64,000 nt of DNA from Eledone cirrhosa (Eukaryota). The position numbers and the translations under genes are program-made. The notes under the pieces were generated by a model that saw only the letters and a list, made by a program, of their open reading frames with translations, searched no databases and was not told the origin of the DNA. Where the stretch lies: positions 285,572,001 through 285,636,000 of the forward strand of contig OZ024742.1 in the NCBI GenBank assembly GCA_964016885.1. The letters run 5' to 3'. Of the stretch, positions 29,190-45,376 are shown one piece after another. Within the stretch, counting starts at the first letter, position 1. Each line of letters opens with the position of its first letter.

Positions 29190-30495
29190 AAATAAAAACA
29201 ACAGCAACGACGGCAGCAATAACAACAACATTAAAAAAAGACAACAACAGTAGCAACAACAGCAGCAATAACAACAACATTAAAAACAAAAACAACAGCA
29301 ACAACATTAACATCAACAACAACGACAACAACATTAACAATAAAAAAATAAAAGCAACAACGACAACAACAATAACAACAACATAAAAAGACCAGCAACG
29401 GGGGCAACAACAATAACAACAGCAACAACAGCAGCAATAGCAACAACATTAAAAAACAACAGCAACGACGACAACAATAGCAACAAAAACAACAGCAACG
29501 ACCACAACAATAACATCGTCAACAACAACAACAACAACAAAAAACAAAACAATAGCAACAACGACAACAACAATAGCAACATTAGCAGCAAAAACAATAG
29601 CGACAAAAACAACAGCAACGACGGCAACAACAACAACGACGGCAACAACAACAACAACCACAACAACAACAAAAACAACAACGACAACGACAAAAACAAA
29701 ACAATAGCAACAACGACAACAACAATAGCAACAACGACAACAACAATAGCATAATTAGCAGCAAAAACAATAGCGACAAAAACAACAACAACGACGGAAA
29801 CAACAACAACCACAACAACAACAAAAACAACAACAACGACAAAAACAAAACAATAGCAACAACGACAACAACAATAGCATAATTAGCAGCAAAAACAATA
29901 GCGACAAAAACAACAACAACGACGGAAACAACAACAACAACAAAAACTACGACGACAACAACAACAACAAAAACAACAACGACAACGACAAAAACGAAAC
30001 AATAGCAACAACAACAACAATAGCAACATTAGCAGCAAAAACAATAGCGACAAAAACAACAACAACAACAAAAACAACAACAACAACAAAAAACGAAACA
30101 ATAGCAACAACGACAACAATAGCAACATTAGCAGCAAAAACAATAGCGACCAAAACAACAACAACGACGGCAACAACAACAACAACGACGACAACAACAA
30201 CAACAAAAACAACAACGACAACGACAAAAACGAAACAATAGCAACAACAACAACAACAATAGCAACATTAGCAGCAAAAACAATAGCGACCAAAACAACA
30301 GCGACGATAGCAACAACAGTAACAACAACATTAACAGCTATGGTAACAAAAAAACCCCCCAAAACAACAACAAAACAATAGCAACATTACCAACAACGAC
30401 GACAATAACAACAACAATAAAATAACTACAAAAAGAAAGCAAGTGCAAAATCAACCATAATAGTAGTAACAACAATATCAACATTAACAACAACA
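29190..30495. repeat. (AAC)n-derived compound minisatellite with a higher-order unit of roughly 105-180 bp
   Basis: ATTAGCAGCAAAAACAATAGCGAC recurs at about 29581, 29753, 29882, 30028, 30127, 30267. Confidence 0.9.
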
Positions 30496-31132
30496 AAAGT
30501 AATTGTCTGAGAATGTGATGTCGTGTACGTGATATTAGTGTGACAAGAATAGAAAACATTGTTATTTGTCAACAACTAACATTATGGGATGGACTACTGT
30601 AATTTTTGTTGTTGAAATATTGCTGTAAAATATAGAGATGATAGTGGTGTGTGTGGGGTGGGGTAGGGAGGTATGTTGAATTCTTAGAGAGATTGATAGC
30701 TTAGATAGATATATGGTAGATAGAGAACTGGATAGATAGAAAGATGAATAGAAAGATGGCGGGATAAATAGATATCTTTCTTTATTTGCCACAGGGGCGC
30801 ACAAAAATGGCACATTACAAGGCGTGACGGCGGGCGTTTTACATAAAATCTTTAACAATGATAAATAACAATAAACTATATAAAAATAAGACAACTGAAA
30901 TCCCCATTAGAAGGAGGCGAAGGGGGGGGGGATAATGTTACTGCGGGGTTGTTTTACACCCCGTGGATAGAACAACCCTCAACACCAGGAACACGTTTTG
31001 TAGGTGTTCCCGTCCTCCCTCTGTTTATCTTCCTCAACCTACAGGTTTATATACAGAGAAGGCCCATTCACTCGGGCCATTTTCGCCACCTTCACCACTA
31101 CGTAGATAGGTAGATAGATAGAGTGAGGACTG

Positions 31133-31163
<31 letters not shown>

Positions 31164-31312
31164 GGGTTGATGGATAGATGGATAGATGGGTAGATAGATA
31201 GATAGATAGATAGATAGAGAGGGAGAGAGAGAGAGGGAGAGAGAGGGGGAGAGAGAGAGAGGGAGAGAGAGATGGGTAGACAGATAGATAGGATAGCTGG
31301 GTAGATGATTGA

Positions 31313-31344
<32 letters not shown>

Positions 31345-31351
31345 GGAGAGA

Positions 31352-31439
<88 letters not shown>

Positions 31440-31554
31440 TGGGAAGACAGATAGATAGGATAGATAGATGGGTGGATAAAAGGATGGATAGATAGATTGA
31501 AGTATAAGTAGACAGAGACAGTCCGGCACACTGAGAGAAATCGATGGTTTAGAT

Positions 31555-31869
31555 CAGGGGTGTGCAACATATTACATTGGCGAGCCACTTTTGAACATTG
31601 GAACAACTATTAGGGCCATTAATATTATTAAGCACTATTCCAAAGATTCACCACAGCTTCTTTCCATAACATGGAACTGGGACATTATAACATATAACCC
31701 TATCAGTGAAGCCCTTTGGTATAGGTCAACTAACAGAAAATTGTATTACGGTTACGAAAAAAACTCTAAATAAGCCTACAAGATAAAAATGAAAAACAGT
31801 CATCGCGGGCCACTCTGACTGTCTGGCGGGCCAGATTGTGACCCGCGGGCCGCCTGTTGCACGCCTCTG
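31555..31869. mobile_element. hAT (Charlie-like) MITE
   Basis: TIR CAGGGGTGTGCAACA / TGTTGCACGCCTCTG; perfect 8-bp TSD GTTTAGAT (31547-31554, 31870-31877); GCGGGCC subterminal repeats. Confidence 0.92.
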
Positions 31870-32135
31870 GTTTAGATGAATAGATAAGTAGATATATAAA
31901 TGTACAGACATAAATATATATTTTATGAAGTTTTACAAGTGCAGTCACAGGATCATCAGACTGAGTACATAGGTGAAACTTCAGAGTAACCAGACTCAAG
32001 ATTGGCCTTAGTGAAGGATATATTAACTTTTTCTATGGTATTGAGTACACATTCTCGACCATCATTACTATATATATATATGGTGTTCCTCATTTTCAAT
32101 CTTCAAAATATGCATTAAAATGAATTTTTTTTATA

Positions 32136-32372
32136 TGAATTGGCAGTATCGGTAGAGGGTTGGACGCCATGCTTTCTAGCATAGTTACATCCTATTACGG
32201 TCTGAGTTCAAATCCCGTCGAGGTTAACTTTGCCTTTCATTCTTACGAGATCGATAAAATAAAGTACCAGTAATACACTAGTAATGTACTAGGTAATTAC
32301 TGGCCTTGTACCAGCAATTGTGCCAAAAGTAGAAACAATTTTGGCCTTGTGCCAAAAGTAGAAACAATTATT
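32136..32372 (+). mobile_element. SINE, main family, with triplicated 3' tail
   Basis: A/B boxes and core present; TTGTGCCAAAAGTAGAAACAATT repeated; another diverged copy at 32640-32810. Confidence 0.85.
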
Positions 32373-32979
32373 TAAATTATGTAAACATTTTTGGTTGTTT
32401 ACATACAATTGAATTATGTCAGTAGATCATTTTATTTTCGGGAAAGGCTGTGCATTCTAGTAAATATTGCCTGCACAGGTAATCAAAGTGTGTATATATT
32501 TGTTGGGGACACCCTGAATATATATATATATATTGATGTTTGAATTTAGAATGGATTACTTTGAACCTTCATTTACCTATCTTGCTGTGGACTATATATC
32601 TTGATTTTTCCATCTTGGCTACTTGTGCGTTACATTCTATGTACTCGGCATAGAGTTACGGCCATTTACGTTCTGCGTTCAAATCCCGTCGAGATAAGCT
32701 TTGCTTTTCATCCTTACGGCGCCAAAAAATATATCACCCGTAACATACAGGGGAAGATTTAATCGACTTTCTCCGCCCCGAAAATTGTTGGCCTAAATCA
32801 GAAACCCTTATTTTCTATGTCTTCTATACTACCAAAATTCATGCGGAACATCGAATTTAATTACTTGAAGGTTGATTCCTAAACACTTTTACTTGCTTAT
32901 TATGGAACTACACTGTGTTTGAAACATTATTGGCACAACTATTTAGCTATGACTATAGCTATATAACTATTTAGCTATG

Positions 32980-33044
<65 letters not shown>

Positions 33045-33079
33045 TCACGCGCATGCACGCACACACACACACACACACA

Positions 33080-33118
<39 letters not shown>

Positions 33119-33316
33119 TCACTCACGCGCATGCACGCACACACACACATACATACAGTATATATATAGTTATAGATATTTACACACACACATATATATA
33201 TACACACATATATATAGATTTACACACGCGCATATATATATATATTACACATATATATATATACACATACACACACACATATATATAGATATACACACAC
33301 ACACACATATATATAT

Positions 33317-33347
<31 letters not shown>

Positions 33348-33462
33348 TACACACACACACACATATATATACACACACACATATATATATATGCACACAT
33401 ATATGAATATACACACCTACATACATATAGATATGTGTGTGTGTGAGAGAGGGAGAGAGAGG

Positions 33463-33500
<38 letters not shown>

Positions 33501-33513
33501 TAGAGAAGAGAGG

Positions 33514-33567
<54 letters not shown>

Positions 33568-33866
33568 TTGAATGTGTGTATGTGTAAGTGTGAAAGTTTG
33601 CAAGGGATAAGATATGACGGTAGGGAACAAGACAAAGAAAGATTCTAGACATTCTTACAACGTAACATTTCATGATTAGGTGATGTTAATGATGGTGATG
33701 TGAGAAAGGGAGAAAGTAGGGGAATGTGAGGAAGTGACTTTGAAGAGTGAGAGTGAGAGGTTAGTATATAATGAAAGGTGGTAGGAGGTTGATAGAGAGA
33801 GAGAGAGAGAAACGGACTGATATAGTCAGGCAAATAACACCCCCTCCACACACACACACACACACA

Positions 33867-33918
<52 letters not shown>

Positions 33919-33959
33919 GTCTCGGATATGACTCCCTTAATTTAATTTTATTTAATTAA

Positions 33960-34159
33960 NNNNNNNNNNNNNNNNNNNNNNNNNNNNNNNNNNNNNNNNN
34001 NNNNNNNNNNNNNNNNNNNNNNNNNNNNNNNNNNNNNNNNNNNNNNNNNNNNNNNNNNNNNNNNNNNNNNNNNNNNNNNNNNNNNNNNNNNNNNNNNNNN
34101 NNNNNNNNNNNNNNNNNNNNNNNNNNNNNNNNNNNNNNNNNNNNNNNNNNNNNNNNNNN
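33960..34159. other. Assembly gap (200 N)
   Basis: Run of N. Confidence 1.
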
Positions 34160-34199
34160 TTACATAACTTTTAAAGTACACCATTAATATATATATATA

Positions 34200-34405
34200 T
34201 GAAAATGTTTAACCCCGACGGCAGAGCTCAAGCCATCTCGACGGCTATTTCTGGACGGCTATTTCTGAGTCCAGAAGTAGCCGTTGAAACGGCTTGAGCT
34301 CTGCCGTCGGGGTTAAACATTTTCCTGTTACCCACTCTACTACCTTAAGTATTGAGTACTCTGGTGCGTTATGGTCCATCTGGTTCCTTACCACACCTCC
34401 TTCGT

Positions 34406-34406
<1 letters not shown>
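34200..34406. mobile_element. Family A fold-back element
   Basis: Near-identical to 8155-8348, with an extra GACGGCTATTTCTG duplication at the apex. Confidence 0.85.
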
Positions 34407-34441
<35 letters not shown>

Positions 34442-35191
34442 AATCGGGACTAGTAAGACCATTGTCAGTTTAGTACACCATACCTTGAAGAAAGTAGAAG
34501 AGTGTAGATATTATTTAAAGCATGTAAAGGCTTAAGATTAAACTAAAATCTTATCGATTGTGGAATATACATATACTACGTACACATGGATTAAGCTACG
34601 GCTTAAGCTTAACCGTAGACCTTACATGCTTTTAATTGCAGCCCCCCCCCCCACACACAAACTTATATGATCCTTAGAAAAACCCGAGATCTAGACACTC
34701 TTTCCAGGCTCTTCTTCTTCTTCTTCTTCTTCTTCTTCTTGTGTATGAGACTGTTGCTGCCTCAGGTTATCATTCGTCTGATCGAGATTACAGATCAGTG
34801 ATCAGCTTCCTGCCCCACCGTGAGGAGGTCGACAATTTGGCCCCCTTTTGTAGGCTGATGAAGCAATAGCTGAAACCCCCAAATCTATTTTTCTTTCACA
34901 TTTGCCTTCAATAAATCTTACACTGTTCTTTTGTTCACAAATACTGAGTGTTTATTTGAATGCTTTAAATACAGTGATATTTAAAACAATTAGATTATTG
35001 AATATATATTGAGACATACACACGCATACATACATGTGGGTGTGTTTGTGAAGACATATATATATACATTTGTGTATGTGTGTGTATATATAAGCACACA
35101 CACGCATATATATATATACTGTATATATATATGCCAATAAAGTTTACATACAGGTTTACTACAACACTGACTTCGATCCTACTTTATATAT

Positions 35192-35285
<94 letters not shown>

Positions 35286-35689
35286 CCACATGTCTGTTTC
35301 TTACATCAGTAGTCTTCATTAGCGTGGAACGAAAACTAGCTGTTAGTTGTCGTAAATTATGTTTATCGCAAGCTGGAAGCGAATGAGTTGGAAAGCCGTT
35401 TAAAATAGTATCTCCCTTGCGTGTGCAAAACATTAGATATAGAAAGGGATTTATCACTGCTAAATGAAGGCTTAAAATCATCTCTAATTCTGGTAGGAAC
35501 TAGTGGGATTGAAATATCTTTTTTTAAAACACATGTATTATCGTGTAAATTTCGATGGAGGCAAATAAGAACTGCTCTTTGTTCCGCCATTTTATGTGAA
35601 CCTATGAACACCACCATTTTTTATTTATGAATATATATCTGAAAAGTTACTCAATAGAGTGCGAAGCTCGGAGACCAGAGAGTCACTCC

Positions 35690-35985
35690 ATGTAGAGCTT
35701 CATGTAGATCACTGTTACAATACTACAGACATGTGGTTAGAATGCCCAGGAAAGAATCGCTGGACAGGTTTTACGGGCAAAACCAACAAACAGGAGACCC
35801 AGGGGTAGACACCGAGCAAGATGTTTGGATAACATCCATGAGCTTGGCTGGTCTCGCTTGGAGAATCCAGTCGGATCAATTGGAGACGGTTGCTTCTGAC
35901 AGGACCCAGTGGAAGGTGTGTTTGAGGACTCTGTCTCCATGACCCTCTCAAGAATAAGTGGGAAAAGAAGTTATTATAATGAAGA
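35690..35985 (+). mobile_element. RTE-clade LINE 3' fragment
   Basis: Frameshifted HVVRMP..RIAGQVLRAKP..RRPRGR..DNIHELGWSRL; second copy at 51130-51385. Confidence 0.7.
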
Positions 35986-36714
35986 TAATATACTCTACGT
36001 GATGTTCTCCAAGAGAAAGTTAAAGGCCGACGCAACTTGGCACCAGTGACGCCGAAACTCATTTATACAGCTGAGTAAACTGGAGCAAACATGAAATAAA
36101 GTGTATTTCTGAATGACAGAATGCATCACCCTGTCCAGGAATCGAAATCACAACCTCACAATTACAAGCCCAACGCTCAAACCATCTTGCACTTTCACAT
36201 ACATACATGTCTAATAGTGCCAAAATGTTAGTTGAATAGATGCTAATTTATTGTTTTCACTATCGACTACATTAGCTTGTTATTCATTCAAGTAAATGTT
36301 TGTTAATCTGTACGACTGTGGCTAGTTCAAAGTCCATGAAGAGTCATTGCTGGCAGGACATATGAATCTAAGTTGAAATAATTAAAGAAATATCAAAGGG
36401 AGCTAACTGAAGCAACTCATAAGGGATATAAGTCAAACAATTGTGATGTTGATGTATATCAATAAAGATAAAATAGTTTGCACTGAATGTGTGTTGAGAG
36501 GATGGGAAAGACATAGAGGAAGAAATAAATATAAAGATTGAGTAACGTATAAGGAACACAATCACACACACATTGTATATAACACACACACACACACACA
36601 CAGACACTCACACACACACGCACATACACACATACACACACATGTGTAAGTGTGCATATATATATGTGAATGTTTGAAATATATATGTATGTATATATGT
36701 ATGTATATATGTAT

Positions 36715-37323
36715 GTCAGGTCACCACTTGGTGCTATTGGTAACATGTATCCCAGTACAACCTGTCTCATGGTCGGGTCGTTGGCGACTAAACTGGCAAC
36801 CCCACCAAGGTTTCTTGGTGAGGAGGGTGACTTTGGACATCCTGCAGGACTAAAAACAAAACCTGTCAAAGGGCAAAGGAGCTCTTAAGAGTCAATGGCC
36901 ATCCAAAATCACTGGGAGAGATGACCCCTTAGCCTTTGTCAAGGCAGAATTCTAGGAGAAGGAAAACTCTGATATAACACCTGCAACCCTGATGGTATCC
37001 AATGATGTTGACTTGTTCTTCTTTTTGGTAAATATCATCTTGGTTAAGAGAGTGGGACTGGCTTTGTGCAGTGCCTTTGCTCACTATAAAAGCTTCATGG
37101 CACAGGCATTGCTTTGTATCTGGAGATCTCTCTGCACTTGTCGTCACATGGTACCAAAGGTAAAGCACTATGTGTCAATAATTGTCACAAGTGTAGTGTT
37201 TGTACCAGAGTTTTCAAGTCGCTGGCTGGACTAAAAAGTCACACTCGTTCAGCGCATCGGTAGGGGTTCTCCTACATGGATATAAAGTAGTGGCCGTACT
37301 CGAAAACGAGTTGGCAGCCACCA
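36715..37323 (+). mobile_element. About 607-bp non-coding mobile unit in TA-rich microsatellite; front part resembles an RTE-type 5' UTR
   Basis: Very similar copy with the same ends at 57938-58543; contains CTAGGAGAAGGAAAACTCTGA (recalled from RTE 5' regions); hairpin-rich 3' end. Confidence 0.75.
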
Positions 37324-37347
37324 TATATGTATGTATATATTTATATG

Positions 37348-37401
<54 letters not shown>

Positions 37402-37525
37402 CGAGTGTGTGAGTGTGTGTATATGTGTGTGTATGTGTATGTATGTATGAATGTATGAAATATATATCTATGTGCCTGTATATATTTATATGTATGTATA
37501 TAAATATGTATGAGTGTATGTACAT

Positions 37526-37712
<187 letters not shown>

Positions 37713-38157
37713 CTTTGAACATTGTTTCAATTTCTTCAGATATAACACACCATACACACACATATACACACACACCATACACACTTACACACCACACTAC
37801 ACACTGACATACACATCACACACACACACACACACACTACACTCTCTACACCATAAACTCTCTCCTCTCTCTCTTTAGTGTACCTTGCATCTCTTCACCT
37901 TTTTTCTCTCCGGTCCCTTATTTATTCTTCATTCCTTTCATCTTTCTCCACCCTCTCACATATTTAATAATTCAACCTCTTAAACCCTTTTATCTCTTCC
38001 ATACGCCTTTCTTCCCTGGCCCATCCCTTCTCACTCTCCATTGCTCCTATCCTTGCATTCTTCATTCTTCCCCACATCTTCAACATTTCTTTAACCCCCC
38101 CCTCTCTCACTCTCGCTCTCTCTCTTCCGGACCGTCTGTATCTCCCGGTTTCTCTAA

Positions 38158-38238
<81 letters not shown>

Positions 38239-38376
38239 CTCTCTCGCTCCGGTAACCCCTCCCTTCAATCACCCCCCTATCCCCATCTATCTATCTAGCT
38301 CTCTCTCTTTCTCCACAACGAGCCCTCACCCCCTTCATCAACACACATATATGTGTGTGTGAATATATATATATGT

Positions 38377-38449
<73 letters not shown>

Positions 38450-38580
38450 TATATGGTAAATCTGAAGAAATTGAAACAATGTTCAAAGACATACACACGT
38501 ATACATACATACATGTGGGTGTGTTTGTGTAGACTTATATATACATTTGTGTATGCGTGTGTATATATAAGCACACACAC

Positions 38581-38619
<39 letters not shown>

Positions 38620-38693
38620 AATAGATACATAGATGTATGTATAATATACATACATCTATATCTATCTATGGATACACACACACACACACGTAC

Positions 38694-38960
<267 letters not shown>

Positions 38961-39002
38961 GATTGAGTAACGTATATATATATATATATAGTTTTAATAT
39001 AG

Positions 39003-39059
39003 ATGAGATTCTACAGGACTAGAACTGTTTCATTCATTAGAAATCATCAGGAATCTCAT
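39003..39059 (-). ncRNA. Type I hammerhead ribozyme
   Basis: Minus strand ATGAGATTC-CTGATGA-tTTC-TAAT-GAAt-GAAA-CAG-TTCTAGTC-CTG-TA^GAATCTCAT; 9-bp stem I, 4-bp stem III. Confidence 0.9.
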
Positions 39060-39060
39060 T

Positions 39061-39109
39061 GATTCCTGATGATTTCTTATGAATGAAACAGTTCTAGTCC
39101 TGTAGAATC
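39061..39109 (+). ncRNA. Type I hammerhead ribozyme
   Basis: GATTC-CTGATGA-tTTC-TTAT-GAAt-GAAA-CAG-TTCTAGTC-CTG-TA^GAATC. Confidence 0.88.
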
Positions 39110-39360
39110 TCATCTATATTAAAACTGTTATACTCTGCTATGTATTGAGTACCTTACCTCCGATTCAACCCGGAATAACGTATATATATATATATATATA
39201 TATATTGTATATATACGTAAAGAGAAAGTGAGAAGGTAGTATATTTACAGAAATGATTGTGAGGGTTGTTGGTAATATAATTCTAAGGGTTACAAGATGG
39301 ATGAAAGAGATATGGATATGGCGGGGTAGAGAGAAGTGCTAAGAGAGCAATGGCCATTAT

Positions 39361-39470
39361 AAATCCCGCCGAGGTTAACTTTGCCTTTCATCCTTACGGG
39401 GTCGATAAAATAAAGTACCAGTAATGCACTGAGTAATTGCTGGCCTTGTGCCTAAAGTAGAAACAATTAT
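39361..39470 (+). mobile_element. 5'-truncated SINE, main family
   Basis: Begins inside the B-box (AAATCCCGCCGAGG) and continues through the tail. Confidence 0.85.
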
Positions 39471-39492
39471 AAAGAAATTCATAAAATTATAT

Positions 39493-39534
<42 letters not shown>

Positions 39535-39588
39535 ATATATATAATATATATATATATAATATATATATATATATAATATATATATATA

Positions 39589-39658
<70 letters not shown>

Positions 39659-39825
39659 TAATATATATATATATATATATAATATATATATACCATATAA
39701 TTTTATGGTATATATATATTATATGGTATATATATATATTATATATATATATTATATATATATTATATATATATATATTATATATATATATATAATATAT
39801 ATATATTATATATATTATATATATA

Positions 39826-39910
<85 letters not shown>

Positions 39911-40388
39911 TATGTATACGTACATACATATATATATACAGATGGGCTACTCAGCCGTTAATATGCATAAGGAAAGTATATACTTCCGGACGTTCAACTA
40001 TCTGGCATGATACAGTGTTCCTTTGTCAGTGTTGAACAAACGAGCAACGATGATTGCTAGACACTACGGCTTAATACGGGATGTTTGTTTACAAACACAT
40101 CGAGCATTATAATAAATGTTTGGTGAATCCATACGTACATATATATATGTGTACATGTATGTATATATAATACATACTACTGTACGGCTGTATACATATA
40201 CACCAACACATCACCCTGTGATGTGTTGGCGTAAATGGTAGCACAGTACGTCAATACTCATCTTTTTCCATTTCTCCGAGGGTTCTTAACCCCACTATCA
40301 GGCTAAATAATTTCTTTAATTTCTTTAGTCAAAATACAGCTTACATTTCTAATAATTTCAAACCCACTCGCTGTTTCGAAAATATTCT

Positions 40389-40998
<610 letters not shown>

Positions 40999-41418
40999 TA
41001 GAAAGTGAGGTTTTTTTACAAAATGAAAAAAAAGACCGAGGTGTCCTACACGAGTGAAAATATAAGGAAAAAGATGAAATCGAAAATGCAACTGGAGCCT
41101 TATTTTTTTTTAAAAATATATATATTTATTTGGTTCCTTTACCGGATTCGCAGTTCTTCTGCTTTTCAAAAGTAGAATTGAGATGGAGGGTTTGTGGTTT
41201 TTCTCACATCAGATGTGAGAAAAACCATAAACCCTCCATCTCAATTCTACTTTTGAAAAGCAGAAGAACTGCGAAACCGGTAAAGGAACCAAATAAATAT
41301 ATATTTAAAAAAAAAAAGACTCCAGTTGCATTTTCGATTTCATCTTTTTCCTTATACTTTCACTCGTGTAGGACACCTCGGTCTTTTTTTTCATTTTGTA
41401 AAAAAACCTCACTTTCTA
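40999..41418. mobile_element. Family E near-perfect palindrome (arms about 210 bp, 1-nt spacer)
   Basis: Centre CTCACATC-A-GATGTGAG at about 41211; U3-A8 hammerhead in each arm. Confidence 0.88.
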
Positions 41419-41425
41419 ATATACA

Positions 41426-41474
<49 letters not shown>

Positions 41475-41832
41475 CAAAGGAATTGTGGTAAGCAATCAGA
41501 TGGACCATAACGCACCAGAGTACTCAATACTTAGGGTAGTAGAGTGGGAAATAGGAAAAAGTATGACCCCGACGGCAGATCTCAAGCCGTTTCGACGGCT
41601 ATTTCTGGACTAAATTAGAACTTTTAGCTTGGTAAACTGTTTAGCCAAATGCCATGATAGACTTATTTGTGTTTACAACAAATTTTAACCGACCCTTTTG
41701 ACAACTACAATCTTCCAGGAAGTACCCCCTTTACAAATTCGGCTATTTATTCACCAGGCTAAAAATTCTAATTTAGTCCAGAAATAGCCGTCGAAACGGC
41801 TTGAGCTCTGCCGTCGGGGTCATACTTTTTTT
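41475..41832. mobile_element. Family A fold-back element, long form
   Basis: Arms about 41556-41635 and 41751-41830; left tail with the bulged hairpin. Confidence 0.8.
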
Positions 41833-41882
<50 letters not shown>

Positions 41883-42209
41883 GTGTGTCTATGTGTGTGT
41901 GAGTCCATGATTCAATCTGGGGTAACCACTGTAAGTAAGGTACTCTATAAATTAGTAGAGTGTAAATATCATATTTAATATAGAAATTGCTTCTACGGGA
42001 CTAGAACTGTTTCATTCGAAGCAAATCACCAGGAAAGCTTTCATGATGATTTACTTCGAATGAAAGCCATTTCTATATTAACTTTGATATAACCAAAGTT
42101 TATATATATATATATCACTAGGACTATATATATATATTTGTTTTGCAAGTTACTTGATGTGAAATCGCGGGTTATTGTTATATTCGGGGATACTCATGTT
42201 GCTAATTTT

Positions 42210-43098
42210 GCCCAGTGTCATGTGACATATGGACCACGACGTGCCTGCTGCAAGCTCAGTCTCCATTCGAAACTCACGGATAAATAGAGGAGGCAGGCTA
42301 AAGATGACAGCTTAGGTAAAAGTAAATCTTCAGTCAGCTCTTGAAATTCACTGTTTCTCCATGGATCATTCCCCAGAGGTCCTTTAGGAATTACTAAAAA
42401 CTAATGTGGTGAAGTTCTCTGAAAATGTTCTGGGGTTTCCCACAAGGAAAAACATAATACAATGCTTCAATGAATCAGAATCTAGGACCTGCTAACCGAA
42501 AAGCGGTCCACATATCAGACACACTTTGTTCAACCATCTTGTGTTAAGACAGTTTTCCGCTTTGTGTAGAACAAACTCCGGCGCAGGCTCTGTAGGGTTT
42601 AGAACTTTTTGGGAAGCAACCTTGCAAAATAACATCAGCTTGGTTCAAACATTGATGACTACAGAAGGTCCTGCGAGGCTCTGAGGGTGGTGTATGGCCA
42701 TTTGTGCCAAGTCCAGATCCTATTACGCAATGTAAATAGGCGCAGGCGCTATCCAGAAGCAGAATATCCATCTTGAATCAGTGATCAACAAACTTTTCCA
42801 AACTCTCTTCAGCCTCAACCACAGGGTTCATGACTCAGCACTCCATCTCATACAGTGAAAACAAAACTAAACGAGACTACAGCCCTAGAATATACGGTAA
42901 AAGCAGCTGAAAAGTGGTAAAGCAATGGGAGTTGATGGAATCATGCCAAAGATTTGGAAGAGTGAAGTGCCAGCACTGTACATCAAACTCTACGAGTTCT
43001 TTGCTACTGGGAGAAAGGTAAACTACGACAGAACCTCCGCGATGGAGTCATCATCACCCTGTACAAAACAAAGGGGAAAATTGAATTGCTCCCACTAT
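42210..43098 (+). mobile_element. Degenerate RTE (BovB-like) LINE internal fragment
   Basis: Broken frames giving KQLKSGKAMGVDGIMPKIWK and D..IITLYK.KG....CSHY, the region immediately before the RT domain in RTE ORFs. Confidence 0.75.
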
Positions 43099-43174
43099 AT
43101 ATATATATATATACACAAACACTACACACACATATATATATATATGTATATTTATCTAACCTTTTCCCCACGCT

Positions 43175-43296
<122 letters not shown>

Positions 43297-43720
43297 GAGG
43301 AGCGTGAGAGAAATGGTTAGCTAAATAATAATTTGAAAGAGAAGGCTGGAACAGGTAAAAGAGTAAAAGAGTAATATATATGTATGTGTGTATGTGTGTA
43401 TGTGTATATGTGTATATCAATGGTAATGATGATACTAGTAGTGGTGGTGGTGGTAGTAGTAGTAGTAGTAGTACTAGGAGGAGGAGTTGTAATAAAAGAG
43501 ATAGTGGTGTTGTAAAGTGCCTATGGTTATAAGATAGGTGATGGGAAGAGGGTGAGGAAGCGGAGGTGGAGTTAGAGAGCGGAGTGAGACATTTGTAATG
43601 GCGGTTTCTCCAACAGTTCGTAAACAACTTTAACAGGATTCGATGCAATGTAAGAATGGTAAACAAGTAGGAATTGGGAAAAACAAGTCAAGGAATTAAT
43701 CTCTCACTCATACTCCCACT

Positions 43721-43788
<68 letters not shown>

Positions 43789-44351
43789 CATATATATACA
43801 TATATATAGGACACGTACTGTATAGTCATACATATATATATATAGGACATATATTAAATAGTCATATACATTACTCTCTCACACACATAGATATATACAA
43901 ACATACACATACATACACATACAAACATGCATGCTTGCATACTTATATATAGTAACACACACATATAGTTGTACATACATACATACATACAATATGATCA
44001 AAATGTTTTTGCCTAAATTCTTCTGAGCGGTTAAAAAGAAGACTTGGTGAATAGAAACATGTACAGACGCTGAGAGAAACACACACACACATACACACAC
44101 ACACACGCGCGCGCACAGACAGACAGACACACACGCACGCACACTGTTGTCCTCGTACCCAATCTCTTTTTACATATACATACATTTGTGTGGCCTCTCA
44201 TTCACACACACACACACAAACAGGCACCCATACACACATATGCACACACACATACACACGCACGCACACTGATGTCCTCCTACCCAACCTCTTTTTACAT
44301 ATACATACATTTGTGTGGCCTCTCATTCTCACACACACACAAACAGGCACC

Positions 44352-44393
<42 letters not shown>

Positions 44394-45048
44394 AGTACAC
44401 ACATTGATAGAGAAAATCTGTCTACTTGTACTATCCCTCTTTCTTTACCCCTTTCTCTCCTTTTCATGCACATACATACACACTTGTGTGGAGTATTATA
44501 CATACACACGTTCAAACATACACACATACACACATAAAGAAAAGGTCTGCCTACTAGTGAGCTCCCCCCCACTCTACCTCTTTTCCCCTCCTTCGCCCCT
44601 CTCCCCCTCTCCCCTCTTTCTACCCCACTCTCCCCCTTTCTCTCCCTCTCTCTCCCTCCTTCTCTCCCATTTTTTCTCCATCTTTCTCTCCTCTTCCTGC
44701 ACATACACACAGACTTCTGCGGACTCTCACACACGCACCACACATACGCACAAACACACACACAAGCTCGGACAGATACTCTCCTTCCAACCCCAGTCCA
44801 TTCTCTTTTATACACATACACTCATATTGGTTCTCACCCACCATACACACACAGATACACACAAATACACGCACATACAACCTTCAACCCATGCACTCAC
44901 TCATTTCTACATAAAATACAAACATATACATTAGTAAAGTTAATATAATTTCCTGATTAAGCATCTTTTATATCTTCAACCTGTGTAGATATAGAGATGG
45001 GTCACTAGATTCTTGGGTGTTTTGCTTCAAAGTGTATTTGTTCTACAG

Positions 45049-45131
<83 letters not shown>

Positions 45132-45154
45132 TACATAATATATATACATATATA

Positions 45155-45324
45155 ATGTGGTTCAGTAGATTCACTTTTTACTGAGCAAGGTACCAAATTA
45201 GCACCCTATGCTATGGCAGAGTGTATATATTAAAAACAGAATGAAGTTTCACATTAAGGTCTTTATTGATTATGCATAACTGTGCATAATCAATAAAGAC
45301 CTTAATATGAAACATGTATTGTTC

Positions 45325-45330
<6 letters not shown>
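45155..45330. mobile_element. Fold-back element with a hammerhead 3' half and the bulged hairpin
   Basis: Palindrome about 45247-45313, then GAAA-CATG-TA; minus-strand ACTC-TGC-CATA-GCA-TA-GGGT at 45203-45222. Confidence 0.65.

Positions 45331-45376
<46 letters not shown>

Larger units (their letters stand above)
38991..39181. mobile_element. Family B fold-back element with two back-to-back complete hammerheads
   Basis: Arms 38991-39055 and 39061-39125; tail with ACTC-TGC-TAT-GTA-TT-GAGT. Confidence 0.88.

Noticed and set aside
28971-30559. Hydrophobic poly-L/V/C ORFs
   Set aside because: Antisense translation of the (AAC)n minisatellite.
37200-37260. Minus-strand CTGAACGA..GAAA in the 607-bp unit as a hammerhead
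   Set aside because: Stem I and stem III do not pair.
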